Source of the DNA: Aplysia californica
Lineage: Eukaryota
Reading direction: 5' to 3'
Length of the DNA: 64,000 nucleotides
Assembly (NCBI RefSeq): GCF_000002075.1
Contig: NW_004797289.1
Location: 2,371,228 to 2,435,227, forward strand
The notes beneath the pieces are model-generated. The model ran no database searches and had not been told where the DNA came from. It worked only from the letters and a program-made list of their open reading frames with translations. This document shows positions 37,796 to 51,500 of the stretch, in pieces. The position numbers were made by a program, and so were the translations under genes. Positions within the stretch are counted from its first letter, which is position 1. Every line of letters begins with the position of its first letter.

Positions 37796-38231
37796 GTGAG
37801 ACAGCGTGGTGGAATCAGGCTCTCGTCAAAATATTCAAAGTGAAGAAACTGGCATTTTTTCTCAGGTTTGTGAATTTTTATCAAATTTTTGTTTTTTGGC
37901 TCAACACCTTTCATGCCCATTAAAGAACTCATTTCTGTGTGGATTTTTCTGAAAATAACCGATTAGAGGCACAAAAAAATGTAAATTTTCAGTTACCACG
38001 GACTTTTAAGCTAAGGAAATAACTAATCTTTGGCGGCCTTTTTCTCACTAATTTTATCTCTGAAAACAGGTGATCCCCACCTCCTTCATTCACAAATATC
38101 TTAACTTGTATTCAAGATAAATGTATATTTTTTTCATCCAAATAAAGACAAGTGAACAAGCTTTAAGATGAAACCAATAACTCTACATGCCCAAAAATTG
38201 ACGAGAGCCTGATTCCACCACGCTGCCTCAC
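37796..38231. mobile_element. Sola1-like MITE (opposite orientation)
   Basis: TIR GTGAGRCAGCGTGGTGGAATCAGGCTCTCGTCAA; TSD ATTT. Confidence 0.8.
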
Positions 38232-40817
38232 ATTTAGACTTTCCACATTTGTTACAAATAATTACGATGGTGGCAGGCAGAACTCGTAGGTCCTATTTCT
38301 TTACTCTCTGTCTATTGTTTCTTTCTGTCTGTCTTACTTTTTCCCCACCACTAAATGACCATTATTACATCGATGTGCTTTTTTTACTCAAACAAACAAA
38401 CAAATAATTACAGGATGACAAACATTCAAAGGCACTGGAATGTTTATTGAATAAATTAAGTGTAGGGCTACAGCATAGACAACATGAGGTACGTCATGTA
38501 ATAAAATGCTGGAATGCTGACAAAGATGACTTTGGCTCATCTCCAGAATAAGAATGCTAAACATCAAGAAAGTTGAGCTCATAAATACCATAAATCATGT
38601 ATAAAAAAAGAACTGGACCCACTACTACTGGTAGTAGCACATGTGTAAACTAGAGAACTTGATCTTGTGCACAAGAACAAAACAAACAGATTGACCTAAT
38701 TCATGTAGTCTATAAAACAGAACTTAACCCTGTATACAAGAATAAACAAATTGACCACGTACAGGTGCAAAGAGACTTCTGATCTAAAATGAAGAACTTG
38801 ACCTGGTACATAAGAATAAAACAAAGAACTTGATGAAGTGGTACATGTATACATTAAATGGAGCACTTGACCTAAAAATTAAAACACCTCTATAGATTTA
38901 TACAACACTAGTTGTTGTGGAGCAGGAGCGTTTCAGAAATAAATAAACTGTTATGACCATCACTTACAATTAATCGTGAAATCAATAGGTCTTACCCCTG
39001 GTGGTGCGTAAAATTGCCGGTACTCCTAGCCATTGGGACATCAGTGAGGGAGACTGAGACCCTATCCCCAACCTGAGCCCGTCTGGGACAATACACTCAC
39101 GGAAAATAGAGTTAGCTACACAGGACATTGTTGATTATTTTGAAGATCTTTCTGAATTAGATGCTGATAATGACGAGGACTACCCTGATTGGGAAATGTA
39201 ATGTGATTCTGACGAGGATATAAATGTGAGGGGAATATAGGCGTGAATCACTCAGGAGCCCAGGCAGAGGGCACGGTAGCTTCAGGAGGTCAGGGCTCAA
39301 AGAGTTAAGTCATTAGTGGGTCGAAAGAGGCAGATATACTTAGTAAGGGAACATGATAAATCTTCTCCATTGTGATGAACTTTGTCAAACATATACAGTG
39401 GAGTTTGCTTAAAAACCAAAACCTGGGGGGGAGGGGGGGCATCACATTTCTTTGGTTTAGAGAGGTTGCTCAAACAGAACAAGTAGAAGAAAAACTTATT
39501 GGGGATTTTATTTTATTTCAGTTTTCAGTTGATTTGGGATAAACCGTGTTTGGGTTAAGAAAACTCCACTGCATATAAATTTTACCAAATGCTCGAAGTA
39601 AGACTGTCATAGTCATACATCACTTTTTCATATGGCATATGGTAGGAAGGGTCTTATTGTAAACAGTCAATATGGTGTCTTAGGTGCTTGAATCAATAAT
39701 TTCCACAAACAAGTTTTGACAAATTACCCAAATCCTGAGCCAAAATTTGTGTTTGCATACAAATGCCTTTTTTTCCAGGTATAATTATCATAATAGATGG
39801 AAATAGGCAACGGAATCAAAGCTTCACAACATAAATGACTTGTTTCTCAAAACAGTACATCAGGCGGCTGTGATTAAAGAAACAAAGTTTTTTAAATTTG
39901 CAAATTACTTTGCTCCTATCCAATACTTCTGATTTCACACCAACCAAAAATTGCAATTTATAGCACGTATTCATATATATATATATATATACATTTGTAA
40001 AACTAATCAATAAATGTTTTTAATCAAATTTAGAATGTCTTGACTTTAGTAGGTATAAAAAGTTTTAAAAATCAAAGCAAGAATGTTAATGTTAGATGAG
40101 ATTACTTTTGTTGTTCTGATGTACGATTTTTTTAAAAGATTGATCCTTCACTCTCAAAAATAAATTTACCCGTTAAAATTGTGATGGAAACTTCTGCTGG
40201 AAAAACAAATTTAAATATGTATTCTTTGTTCCCAGTAAGTTGTGGAGTTTGAAAAACTTAAACATCAATGCTAAAGCTTCATGAAAGAAAAGAGAGGAAG
40301 AGAAATTACACGATTTTCTTTCCTTTACAATTTATCCTAAAAAAAGAAAAGTATGTATGTGAGAGAGAAAAAGGAGTTTAATTTTTTTATCACAAAAAGA
40401 TATATGTGAAGATGAGAGGGACAAAGGAGTTCTGCGTTATCTTTCTTCTGTTGCGAGTCAACAAGAAAAGGAAATCAAAATGTTTGTTTTGGTTTCTGTG
40501 CTTTGTAAACATCATCACAAAACTTATACAGTATTGCACAGATCGTCATAATGCAGAAGAACAATTCAGTCCAACAAACCTTTTTTGTGGTATTAAAAAA
40601 AATGTTTCAGTCACAATGTGTGTATGAGAAGGACATTTTCACACAGAAGAAACAAAACATTGAAACCAAATGCCCCAAAATATGGTTACCAAGAATTCAT
40701 TGCCTTGAGTCATAACACTGTATTAGAACTGCGATATCTTACTCAAAGCAAGCACTAAATACAGACAAAAGCACTGAAGAAACACTTCAACAACAGTAAA
40801 AGTAGTGGGCCATTTAA

Positions 40818-41428
40818 CCCCTTCGTTGCACTATGACATTCCTGGTACGTCATGAAAACGCGTAATACTTAGCGCTGTGCCATACCATGTACGCCACGAA
40901 ATTGGCAAAATCTGTCCCTCCTGGTTGCCTGTATGATGTTACATGTACGTAACGCTAATAACCTGGCTCTAATTCTTCTGTATGGAGTTTTACTCTTTAG
41001 CCCCCAAGTGCTGCGTAGATTCGTATTCGGGAACGAAAGACGCGAGTATCTGTACCAAATTTGCTAGTATTACTTTACTGCTAGGCTTGCAAGCGATCGA
41101 TAAACACAGATCTAGGTTTGTGGGTGGCCGTGTGCTCTCATAAATTTTAAACGTACACATCAAAAAGATTTTTTAAAGTACAATAAATTCACTTTTTGCC
41201 TTAGATTTGCAGGTTATTCGAAATTAAGAGTAAGATGGGAGAATCGGGGAATAGAAAATGTGAGAAAAGTGACAATCGAAGACCCGGTGTCTGAAATACG
41301 TCGAGTGCGCTGGATCTAGATCAAGAGTGTCCACTAACACAGAGACATTAGGCTGCTGTCCTGAGAAACTAGCTCAGCTGAAAATCAGTGCTGACAGTAG
41401 GAATGCATACCCCGTGGCAACGAAAGGG
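40818..41428. mobile_element. piggyBac MITE
   Basis: TTAA flanks; TIR CCCYTTCGTTGC. Confidence 0.85.
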
Positions 41429-42606
41429 TTAAGCAGTATTTACAAATCTTTCAGTTTCAGGAGGCAATTCCCAAGTCGGCAAGGTAAGGCACAAAGGTTG
41501 AACAGTTGTAAATTTACATAGAGAGTAAGAAACAATATAAGCACTTTAACACTGTATATTTTGTTCTTTTTTGCACCAAATTTCAAAACAACCTGATACT
41601 GTTAGAACAGGAAGATAATGTTCTGAGCTGTTCCCTTCCTTCCTCATCTGTGCTGGGCCATTTTACCTTACAAACAAACGGGGCGGAAGAACCTTGAAGT
41701 CTGTGTCTAACCTAAACATTACAATAAAAAAAGGAATTACTAAAATGAAATCAATTCGTAAACTCCACCTCAAGGGCATGAAAAAGGAACAATTGGCTAT
41801 TACAACTATACAACATATAATATAATATAATATAATTTGGTATAATCAATTTATGTTCCTTTGAAATTAAAAACATTTTAAATCCCGACATGAACTCAGT
41901 AAACACAAAATTATCGTACAGTAATATAATTAATGCTGAAACAAATTTCCCTCTAGCAATCTACCAAAACAGCTCTTCATTTAAAACAAAGCTCAGTGTT
42001 TCTTAAAAATTATTTGATCTACTACAACCGCTACATGTACGAGTCTTGCAGGACAGTGAAATAAAAGCTAGCTTTACATTTGGTTCAGAATAAGCACATG
42101 TATATTGGCATTAGAAAAAAACTCCCCAATAAAAGTGAACTGTTAATGGAATGTAAAAATTCTGCTGGCCGTGCAAAGATCACTGATTGTACAAAAAAAG
42201 GAAGTTAAAGAACTAGCATTGTGAATGAAGAGATACTAGTGGAGAAAGATCTACAAACTTGGAAAAAACCAATAGTCACTGAATAAGTAGGTGTACCAAG
42301 ATACTTGTATTTCTACAAACTTAATACATATCTGATCATCAATCAATAGGATCATCCTGAGATGGGCAGTATTGAAACTAAGATTTCACAATGAATTTGA
42401 ATTTTCACGACACTAATAACAGCTTCCGTTGAAGATTTGCCCAGGAATAAATCCAGATATATTACTATTACATGGAATCTGTGCATGTAAATAGTTAACT
42501 TAAAATACATATGTACAAAGGAATGAATGAACAGTTAAAACAACAACTCAAGTATGCAGTGTCCAGCACCACAGTGACTGACATCATGAAGACCTGGCAT
42601 TGCCAA

Positions 42607-42612
<6 letters not shown>

Positions 42613-42665
<53 letters not shown>
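42613..42665. repeat. (TA)n microsatellite inside a ~90-bp tandem duplication
   Basis: Seen directly. Confidence 0.93.
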
Positions 42666-42667
<2 letters not shown>

Positions 42668-42985
42668 CTCTCTCCAACGCACACCTGGCATTGCCAGATA
42701 TGTCTATATATATATGTGATTAACGACTCTCTCCGACGCTCAATGGCACTTTTAACATGGTAAAGTAATGTTTCTTGAACATCAAACATAAACCAAGAGT
42801 TGAAAATTGAGTAGGATAAAAGTGAGTCGTTGGAAAGATTCAAACAATGAAACTTGCAGTAGCAGTACAAAAAAAGTGTACAAAATTTTTTTCTGATGTC
42901 ATGAACACTGAAAGAAAAGCGTACCCTCTGTGCTTACCTATCATACAAGCAATTTTTCTAAAATTAGGTCCAAAAGTATACCGTT

Positions 42986-43887
42986 TAGGTAGTGTCTACA
43001 TTCTATAACGTTAGAGAACGTATACAAGTTGTCTACGTTCTCTAATGTTAGCAGAGAACCTAAAAATAGCTCACCCGCTCTATCTAACATGGAAACGAGT
43101 CGACATTGCTGCTTCCACAGTGCTTACACTTTATTTTCGCAAGCTGTTAAGTTTACTTTCGTGAAATTAAAATGCTCGCGAAAGTAAAGCTGTCTTCAGT
43201 ACCGCATCTTGCCTTTACAGCGACGTTAAACCCCTAACAAGCAACCAACACCTTTCATCATTCCATCGAGATGACACCACCCCCCCCCTTTTTCATAATA
43301 ATATGTCGTAGGCCTACACTTTTCACCCAAGGAAGGTGCACTCTGATGCTTCCCCCCTCAACCCCCCCTAAAACTTAGAATAAGTCACTGAAGATCAGGC
43401 CGTCTGGAATGAGTATTTAGAAGATAGCTTGCAGTTTACATACGATTTCGTATTCCTACCTCAAAGTCAAGGTAGGCCTATGTGATACAACATGAGAGAC
43501 CATAAATGATACCAAATTCACATGTGTGGAAAAACATTGCCGATTTGGTGTGTGTTGTAACATCACTGTCATAAAATCAAATCACGTGGGTCAAGGTCAA
43601 GTCAGTCATATCAATGCTGGGTCTACGATAGGCCTAGATCTAGATCTAGTGCATAAAATAACCCAATTCAATGAGTGGACTGGCGGACCTATTTCATGTA
43701 GATCTAATGACACAACATAATGTAAACCAATTTGAAAAAGAAAAAGAAAGATTGAAAAGTAGCCTAGCCTTATCCGGAAGTTCAAATAGGGCCCTACAGG
43801 CTTAATATTGTTACTTTGTTTTATTCGTTAGAGAATGTAGACAGCTTGTATACATTCTCTAACGTTAGAGAACATAGACACTTCCTA
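42986..43887. mobile_element. Element with ~60-bp TIRs built from palindromic CTCTAACGTTAGAG units
   Basis: 42986-43045 is the inverted copy of 43828-43887. Confidence 0.65.
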
Positions 43888-45469
43888 CCGCTTATTACAC
43901 GTGCCACATATATAGCCATGATCGAGCCCAACAAAGAGGAAGTAATGCAGAAAAAGATTTTCATTTGAACAATTACCAATGTTCTAAACATTAGACCATT
44001 GGTGGGTGGCTTTCCTTCTACTCGTACTACTGACATTTCAAGTCAGGTAGGCCAGTCTGAAGAATAAGGGAGAAATGTACGAGACCAGCAATAAGCTGAC
44101 TAGTACCACCCATGTTGAACCCTCTCCAGCATGTTAGAAATTCACCCAGATTTACGCCTGACCTACAAAAAAGGATCACTATTGAAGTTAAAAGGATACC
44201 ACCAGTATTATACAAGAGGTCATGTTATAGGTGAGTACATAAGGTATATTATAGTGACGAAGACATAAAGTAGCATTATTTGCGTATTTAGCACCTCGGG
44301 ATGATTGGAGGCCACGGGGGGGTACAGTGTTGTTGGCCAATGTGTTCCTGAACAACTTTGGGAAAATCATACACCTTTATCTGGAAGAAGTGCAACACAG
44401 AAATTTGTTCTGTCTTGAGGTCTGCATGCAGTGGAGGCATACAACTCCCCCCCCCCCCCCCCCCCGCAAAGACACTAACCAAAATTGAAGTAGACCTATA
44501 CTCAAGTCAATGTGTTCCTCTATACAGTGGAGCCTGCACTAAGGAACCATTCATAAATGATGTCACTCAGAGGAGAGGGGTGTGTGTGTGTGTCAGTGAA
44601 AAGTTGACATGGGGGGGGGGGGGGGTCCTTACAAGGTTGACGTCAACTATGATGCTCTCAAAGGTTGGGAAAAAAAGAAGAAAAGAAAGGGGATCACCTG
44701 TCTAAGATTAGGACTTTTCTCCTCAACAATGGTTCAACAGGTTCAACTGCATGATTCATATATTTCAACATTTGGACTCATGGTTCCATTGTTGAAGTAT
44801 CAACAGCAAACTTGTTATTTCAAGACACACGCGTCATAATTAAAAATAATTTCTTCAACACTATGCAAACAGAGAGCCATCTTGTACTAATTCCAAATTC
44901 TGACTTTTGGAAGTTTTTGTCGCATCTAAAAAAAGGCTTTTAAAAAACCTTCCCTTTGCCCCAAAATCATTCTGGTCTATGTCCAAGTTTCATAGAATTT
45001 CAGTTTCATTTTGCATTAGCCCCTGCTTTCACTACAGGATTTCAGTGCTTTCAAAAAGTGATTTACATAAAAACGGAGTTAGCACAAGACAGCCCTAAGC
45101 TAGCCACTATAAAGGCTACTATTGAAAGTTGAGGTTTTGAAAAACAACCAAGCAAAAACGAAAATGAAACAACCAAACTGTGCTATCTCACCCATATTAT
45201 ATCCCAATTTTTAAATACGTCACATGAAAAAAAGTCAACCAAAGAGACTAACCGGTACATACAAATAAAAAACACAACCACTGGTATCCAATCTGACTTT
45301 CTCATTTTATGGGAAAACAGAATAGTACAATACCTGGACTGTGCAACAACCACATAAAGCTAAACAACGTGCATGTAAACCTATTCTCCACTGGCAAATA
45401 CAAAGATAAAAAAATAAACACTTGGCAAGTAACCGGTACAAAGATAAGTGTGTAAAAACCAGCCGGGCA

Positions 45470-45593
45470 TCAAAAGTTCTCTTTGTTGTAGTAGAAATAA
45501 GTTTTTGACTCTGAGCTGGAGAATCTGTTACAGTGTTTGTGCAGAGTGGAGGACAAGGACTTTGGTCCGCAGAAGAAAACACCGATCCTCTCG
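45470..45593 (-). CDS. CYBB: NOX last coding exon ([10 protein letters not shown]...NKENF*)
   Basis: Canonical NOX C-terminus, TGA stop. Confidence 0.95.
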
Positions 45594-48500
45594 CTGAGGA
45601 GACAAAACAAGATGAAAGGAAAAACAATGAGCCAATAATCAACAGAGTAGAAATTTTTGTGATAGAAAAATTCCGGTATATGTTCTTACTCTAGTTATTC
45701 AATATTTTTGCTAGTTATCTATCTATAGAAGGTTGAAGGGTGCAACTGGAAGGTCCTGCCTCTTTTTTTTCCTTCTGTTGTTTCTGTTGATCTTCCATAA
45801 TTATTCTCTGCACTAAATGACTTTCATTGTGCCAATTTGTCTTACTTTAATCGAATGCAAAATCTATAGAAGTAACGCAACATTTTACAGCATTGTTAAG
45901 ACAGACATTAAACATTCATTGGCTTCAAACTTTTAAATAATTGACTCATTGAAGACGCAAGTTTTTCACCGAGAATTTCCTTGGAAACGCACGATTTCTA
46001 CCTTTAAAAAAAAAATCAGTGTGATAAACCTATCAACTGTACAGGTAAAAAATTTGACACAAAGTAAGATCATCATGTTTAATTACATACAATGTATTTA
46101 TTTTTACAAAACTTTGCAAAAAATTTTGTTTTCTGTGAAAAAACACATTATACGTAAACGTGAAAAAAAACTTTTTTTTATGTGCCAAGCACATGGATGT
46201 CAAAATCGACCGTTGTAAAATAGAATGGTTTCAATCAAGTAATACAAAGTGATATTATCTATAAGAATAGTGACATTGCTCGGAGCATTGTCATCTCCTG
46301 AATCAATAATCCCGATCGCTTCATTGGTAGTGAAAGGAGCATCCAGCAGATCTCTGTTTCTTGTTTATGTAAAAAGTAGGTCAGGTCAATGTGTTTTGGT
46401 ACACTGCTTATAGTAGACAATTCGGGTGACCAATGGTCAAAGGGATACCACCACAATTAAATTAAATGGTTTAACTAACACTGGGAGTCATTCCCTTTGA
46501 GATTCTATTAGTTTTTAGGTACCCCCAAAAAATGGTACGCATCTTCAGCGTTTGTTGACCTGGCTGGGTCCCGGGACCCGACACGTCTTCAATGAGTTAA
46601 TAAGTAACAGTAATTAGCACTTCACTGCAGGCTTGACACTGACTGTTGCAGCCTGGGTGCTCAAAACTACTTAACACCTGGGATCAAGTTTACAAATCCT
46701 GCTTCAGACTGAAATTTAAACAATGTTATCTCTTCAAAGTGAATCTTTGTTCACCTTTCAGTTTCCCTTTTTCCAGTGTTGTAATAAATTTCTTCGTTCT
46801 TGAGCATTTGCAAAAAACGTCAAGATTCTGAGCTTTTAAAGCATGAACCATCTGAACAAAGCAAATAATAATTGCAGCTGAAAGAATGTCCAGATTTTCA
46901 TACATGTGAAAAGCAGGATAACTTTGTGATCTCACTCTAAGGACTAAAATTAGGCCCATAAAAAGTCTTTGGAACCAAACCATTAGCTGAGAAATCTTGG
47001 ACAGTCACTCACCCTTTGTGTGATTCAGCTTGTTCTTTAAAAATAGTTTCCCACTGTGGACGGCCGTATTGAGTCTTGTGGTGAAGTCCCGTAACAGCAT
47101 CGTAGTCGGAGAAATCATCATGAAGCATGATGTTCCTTGCCTGAAACAAAAGCTCAAAGTCAGGTCAAGTTTCTCCAACACCAAATATGATTCTAATCTT
47201 GGTCCTAGTGGGCACACCGTTAGCTCAGTTGGTATCATGCTGGATTATGGAGACAACACCGGTTCGGAACTTGGGTTATTCTGGGGGAGTTTTTAAGGCT
47301 CTCCAGACACCATGGTGACTATGTTCAGTCCTATCGGAGATAAACATTAAATTTAGAAGTCCTGCCTCAAAAACAACCATACAGTGTTGAAAGGGGAGTA
47401 AAACCATTATTATGAAAAACAGAAGCGACCGTCAAACTTCAAAAGTATAAAATCGGCGTCAGAATTATTTCAATTGTATTTTAGTAAAACTGAATAAAAA
47501 TGGTAACGATTCCACTAAATTCGTAATGATGGGCAGCCCTGCATAAAAAGTTATTGAGAGATAAAACTTTTTTAATAAGTACCAAAATTCACAAAGAAAG
47601 TCTATTATCATGGATAAAGCCTACCTGATTGGCATTCCAGCCACGGGTTAAATGTATGTTGTACTGCAGAAAGTCTGGCATGTTCTTCTGCCTCATCTGT
47701 CGCTCAAGGTCAAGAAGAAGACCTTGAAACCATTCGAACGCGCTCGTATCAGGGCACACCCAGTAAAGGTAGACTTTCTTCAAGGACACTGTGGCCTTTG
47801 GGTCGCAAAACTTGTACCTATAAAAAACAACAGTTTTTGCTTGGTTTCTGAAGTGACTTGAAAAAATAAACCCTGTAAGAAAGTGCCAGGTACTGACTGG
47901 GAGTTCACACAGATTTTATAAATAGGTGACACTAAAAAGCTTTCCAGCTCATTTATTTGCCCACAAATTGACCAGAGGAATACTCTACTTCAGTAAAGTA
48001 GCTGCAATTCTAACAGTCAGCATTTCAAAAAGTTATTGGGATGTGATTTCATCTTGATAAAATTACCATGAACTGTTTAAGGGCTCATTTTGACTTTTTT
48101 TTTTTTGCCTTACAGATATTGTTCACTTTCTAAATTGTTGTCATAGTGTTGTTATTTTCTTCACCTTCACTTGCTTTCTGTTTTTTTATATTCGCAGTGG
48201 CTTGGAAGCCATGTGTCAGACACTAAGCTGATTAAAAACAGGTACTGCACTTAGATCTTGGCCAAAAGGCAGAGAAGTGATTCCATTCTCAAATACCTTT
48301 CCCACAGCACCAGCCACAAACGTTTTGCCAAGAGAGTTTGTTTTATTGTTTTAGTAAGAGTTTTACGGCAGTTGCAACACAATTAGATCATATATATGCT
48401 GAAGATGACAGGTTTTACATGAGAGTAACAAACACAAAAAAAGAAGGAGGGATAAGGACGATAGATATTCGATAGGAAAGAAGGAGCAAACCACACCTTT

Positions 48501-51500
48501 TAGTTTTAGTAAGAGTTTTACGGCACTTGAACACAATAAGGTTATATAAGTGCAGAAGATTAGAGGTGTTACAAGAGAGAAACTAACACAAAAAAGGAGG
48601 CGAGATCAGGGCAATCAATGTTTGGTAGGGAAGAAGGAGCAAACCACACTAGAGCACCCGCCAACCACCCACAGTCAGGAGAATAAGGCCCCAAAAAATC
48701 ACTGTTTTGAAAAGCAGAGAAGAGGGTGTGGCCCAACCTGTAGAGTATTCAACATTTGGAATTTTCTCTTTTACTAATTTCCATAAACGATATATACCTC
48801 AAATCAGAACACAAGCACAAAAAATATATCCTCATCTGACTAAAAACCATAAATCAAGTTACATGACGTATTGCAACATAGATTTGTTAGTTTTAGTTTT
48901 AGTACAGGTTTTACAGCCCTCGCAGCTGCATAAGGTCATATGAGCGCCAAGGGGTGGATGTCAACAGAGAAGTCCTTACAGGGAATCAGACTTACTCTGC
49001 TCACCTCTCTAGCTTCAACAGCACAAAGTCTGCTTCAACTATCAAGGCACCTGGAAATAATGGGTCACAAGAGTGTGACAAACATACAAAAGAAGTAGAG
49101 GAAAAAATGACGATAGTACGGATTAGGAAAGAAAAAGCAGCAGTTCCCCGTTGTAGATCAGGCACAGTTATGAGCGTGACATGGATGAATCAGCCCATTT
49201 ACAATTCTACTGTGCATGAACGAGAAATGTCCTCTCTTTGGGAAAGGCCTAAAGACATTTCAGTCAGTGGCACCGCCCCGGGGGTATAGATTTGTTAATG
49301 TTTGTTGTATCATGCCTTTTCAAGAAAAAAAGCTATAATTCCTAATCCAAGTACCAAGACTTTTACCATAGGGGAGTAATTGAGAGATGAAAAAAAGTAA
49401 ATTAAATTGACACACGTATAGCAATATTTCTCTGACAAGCAAATTAATTCATGTTCAAATCCTGAGACCAAAATTTACAACATCGAGAAAATATATTGTT
49501 CAAAGCATAACAGAGAGAAAAGTGTGAAAGAATTAGAAGCACAGAAAGAAACACATGTACATAAGAGGTGGGCAAAATCCGGATAAATATCTGGATAATC
49601 GGATTATTCTCAATGAAACATCATCCGAATTCAGACTCTAAAACTCTCTTTCCTAACCCGTTTGCCGAAGTGGGTGCACCCATTTGTGGAAATGATTCTA
49701 ACCCGTTTGTCGAAGTGGTTCTAACCCATTTGCAGAATCGGTTCATAACATATTATATACCGAAAAAGTGCACTAACATATTATCCGGATTTTGCTAAAG
49801 CGACTCTTTGCCCACCCCTAATGTACATGCACAGTACAAATAACCCTCACAAGCCATACTGATTTTTGTCCCCCCAGGGTAAGACCACAACCATGACGTG
49901 TCTGTATCAGAAGAGGTCAGTAAAGCAAATAAATGAGATCCTTTGCCCGTATCAGAAGAGGTCAGTAAAGCAAATAAATGAGATCCTTTGCCCGTATCAG
50001 AAGAGGTCAGTAAAGCAAATAAATGAGATCCTTAGCCCGTATCAGAAGAGGTCAGTAAAGCAAATAAATGAGATCCTTTGCCCGTATCAGAAGAGGTCAG
50101 TAAAGCAAATAAATGAGATCCTTTGCCCGTATCAGAAGAGGTCAGTAAAGCAAATAAATGAGATCCTTAGCCCGTATCAGAAGAGGTCAGTAAAGCAAAT
50201 AAATGAGATCCTTTGCCCGTATCAGAAGAGGTCAGTAAAGCAAATAAATGAGATCCTTTGCCCGTATCAGAAGAGGTCAGTAAAGCAAATAAATGAGATC
50301 CTTTGCCCGTATCAGAAGAGGTCAGTAAAACAACTAAATGAGATCCTTACCACACTGACTTGAGTACGGAGGCAAAAGGCGTGACGCCAATCCCACAACC
50401 AACAAGCAAAGCTACATCGTAGCCAAACACATCCTGAAATACCAAGAGCATGCACAGTGGAACAACTCTGATCAGGACATATGGCATTTTGCAAAAAAAA
50501 AAGATTTTTCAGTATACAAGAAAAAAGACAGCAGTAGCATCATTATATTACAGGGAATTCTGATCATGGTATTTTGGAAAAAAAAAAGGTTTTTCAGTGT
50601 ACCAGAAAAAAGACAGCCACAGCACCAATATATCAATTTTTTACATCCTCTCTGATAATGCCTTTTTAAAATTATTTTTTTCTGCATTGGGACAAGGGCT
50701 GAATGTGAAAGAGCTGCTGGATGAACAACAGCAACAAAACAACCACAAATTTTGTTTCCAATGCTCATGAAGTATGGAGTATGAGTACAGAAACATTTTT
50801 GCAACGTTATTCCACAATCACCGAAATCAGTTTCTGGGGGTCTCAAAGTACCTCTTACAATGTAGTTTCATTTTGCTTGGTTATTTAGTTCCCAAGAATT
50901 TTTAATTGGAAAAAAGTCTCACATGCCCAAGTCAAGATTTTTATTTCAACTTCTTTTTCTTAACTTTTCTTAAAATGTCTGCGGTGCTTGTAGAACAACA
51001 CCGATGATTTCATAGTTGAAATGTGTTATTTCTTGAAAAAAGAAAAAAGAAATTTCTCGTACATTTTTATAGATCCAGTAACAACAGCCGCGTTTTCACC
51101 TCTCAACTTTATGTCATGAAGTGGAAATATAGATCAATATATATGCACACAGATCACCACATGCAAGAAAAGAGGGACATTTGCAAAAAGAGGAAACTGC
51201 TGAACAGTTTGTTTGAGTAGGTGTTTTACAGCACAATTCCTGGTGAAGAGTATATTTCTGAATATTGATTTATAATGAAAATCAAAATATAGTAAAACCC
51301 TGATAACATGAACTTCCACGCATTCTACAGTCCATCAGAATTGCAAGTTATGGTGTATGAAATAAGAGAAAATCTACAATTTTAAATTTATGTCACTCTG
51401 TAGCACAGTGTGGCACAAGAAGTAATTCCCTTGTAGTCTTTGTATTAAATATTTAAATACAGGTAGTCCCAATTAAAATTTCACCATAAACTTAACCAAA

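Noticed and set aside
49866-50363. 165-aa repetitive ORF, and a CRISPR-like appearance
   Set aside because: It is a by-product of a 45-bp minisatellite antisense to a NOX intron. There are no unique spacers, and the context is eukaryotic.
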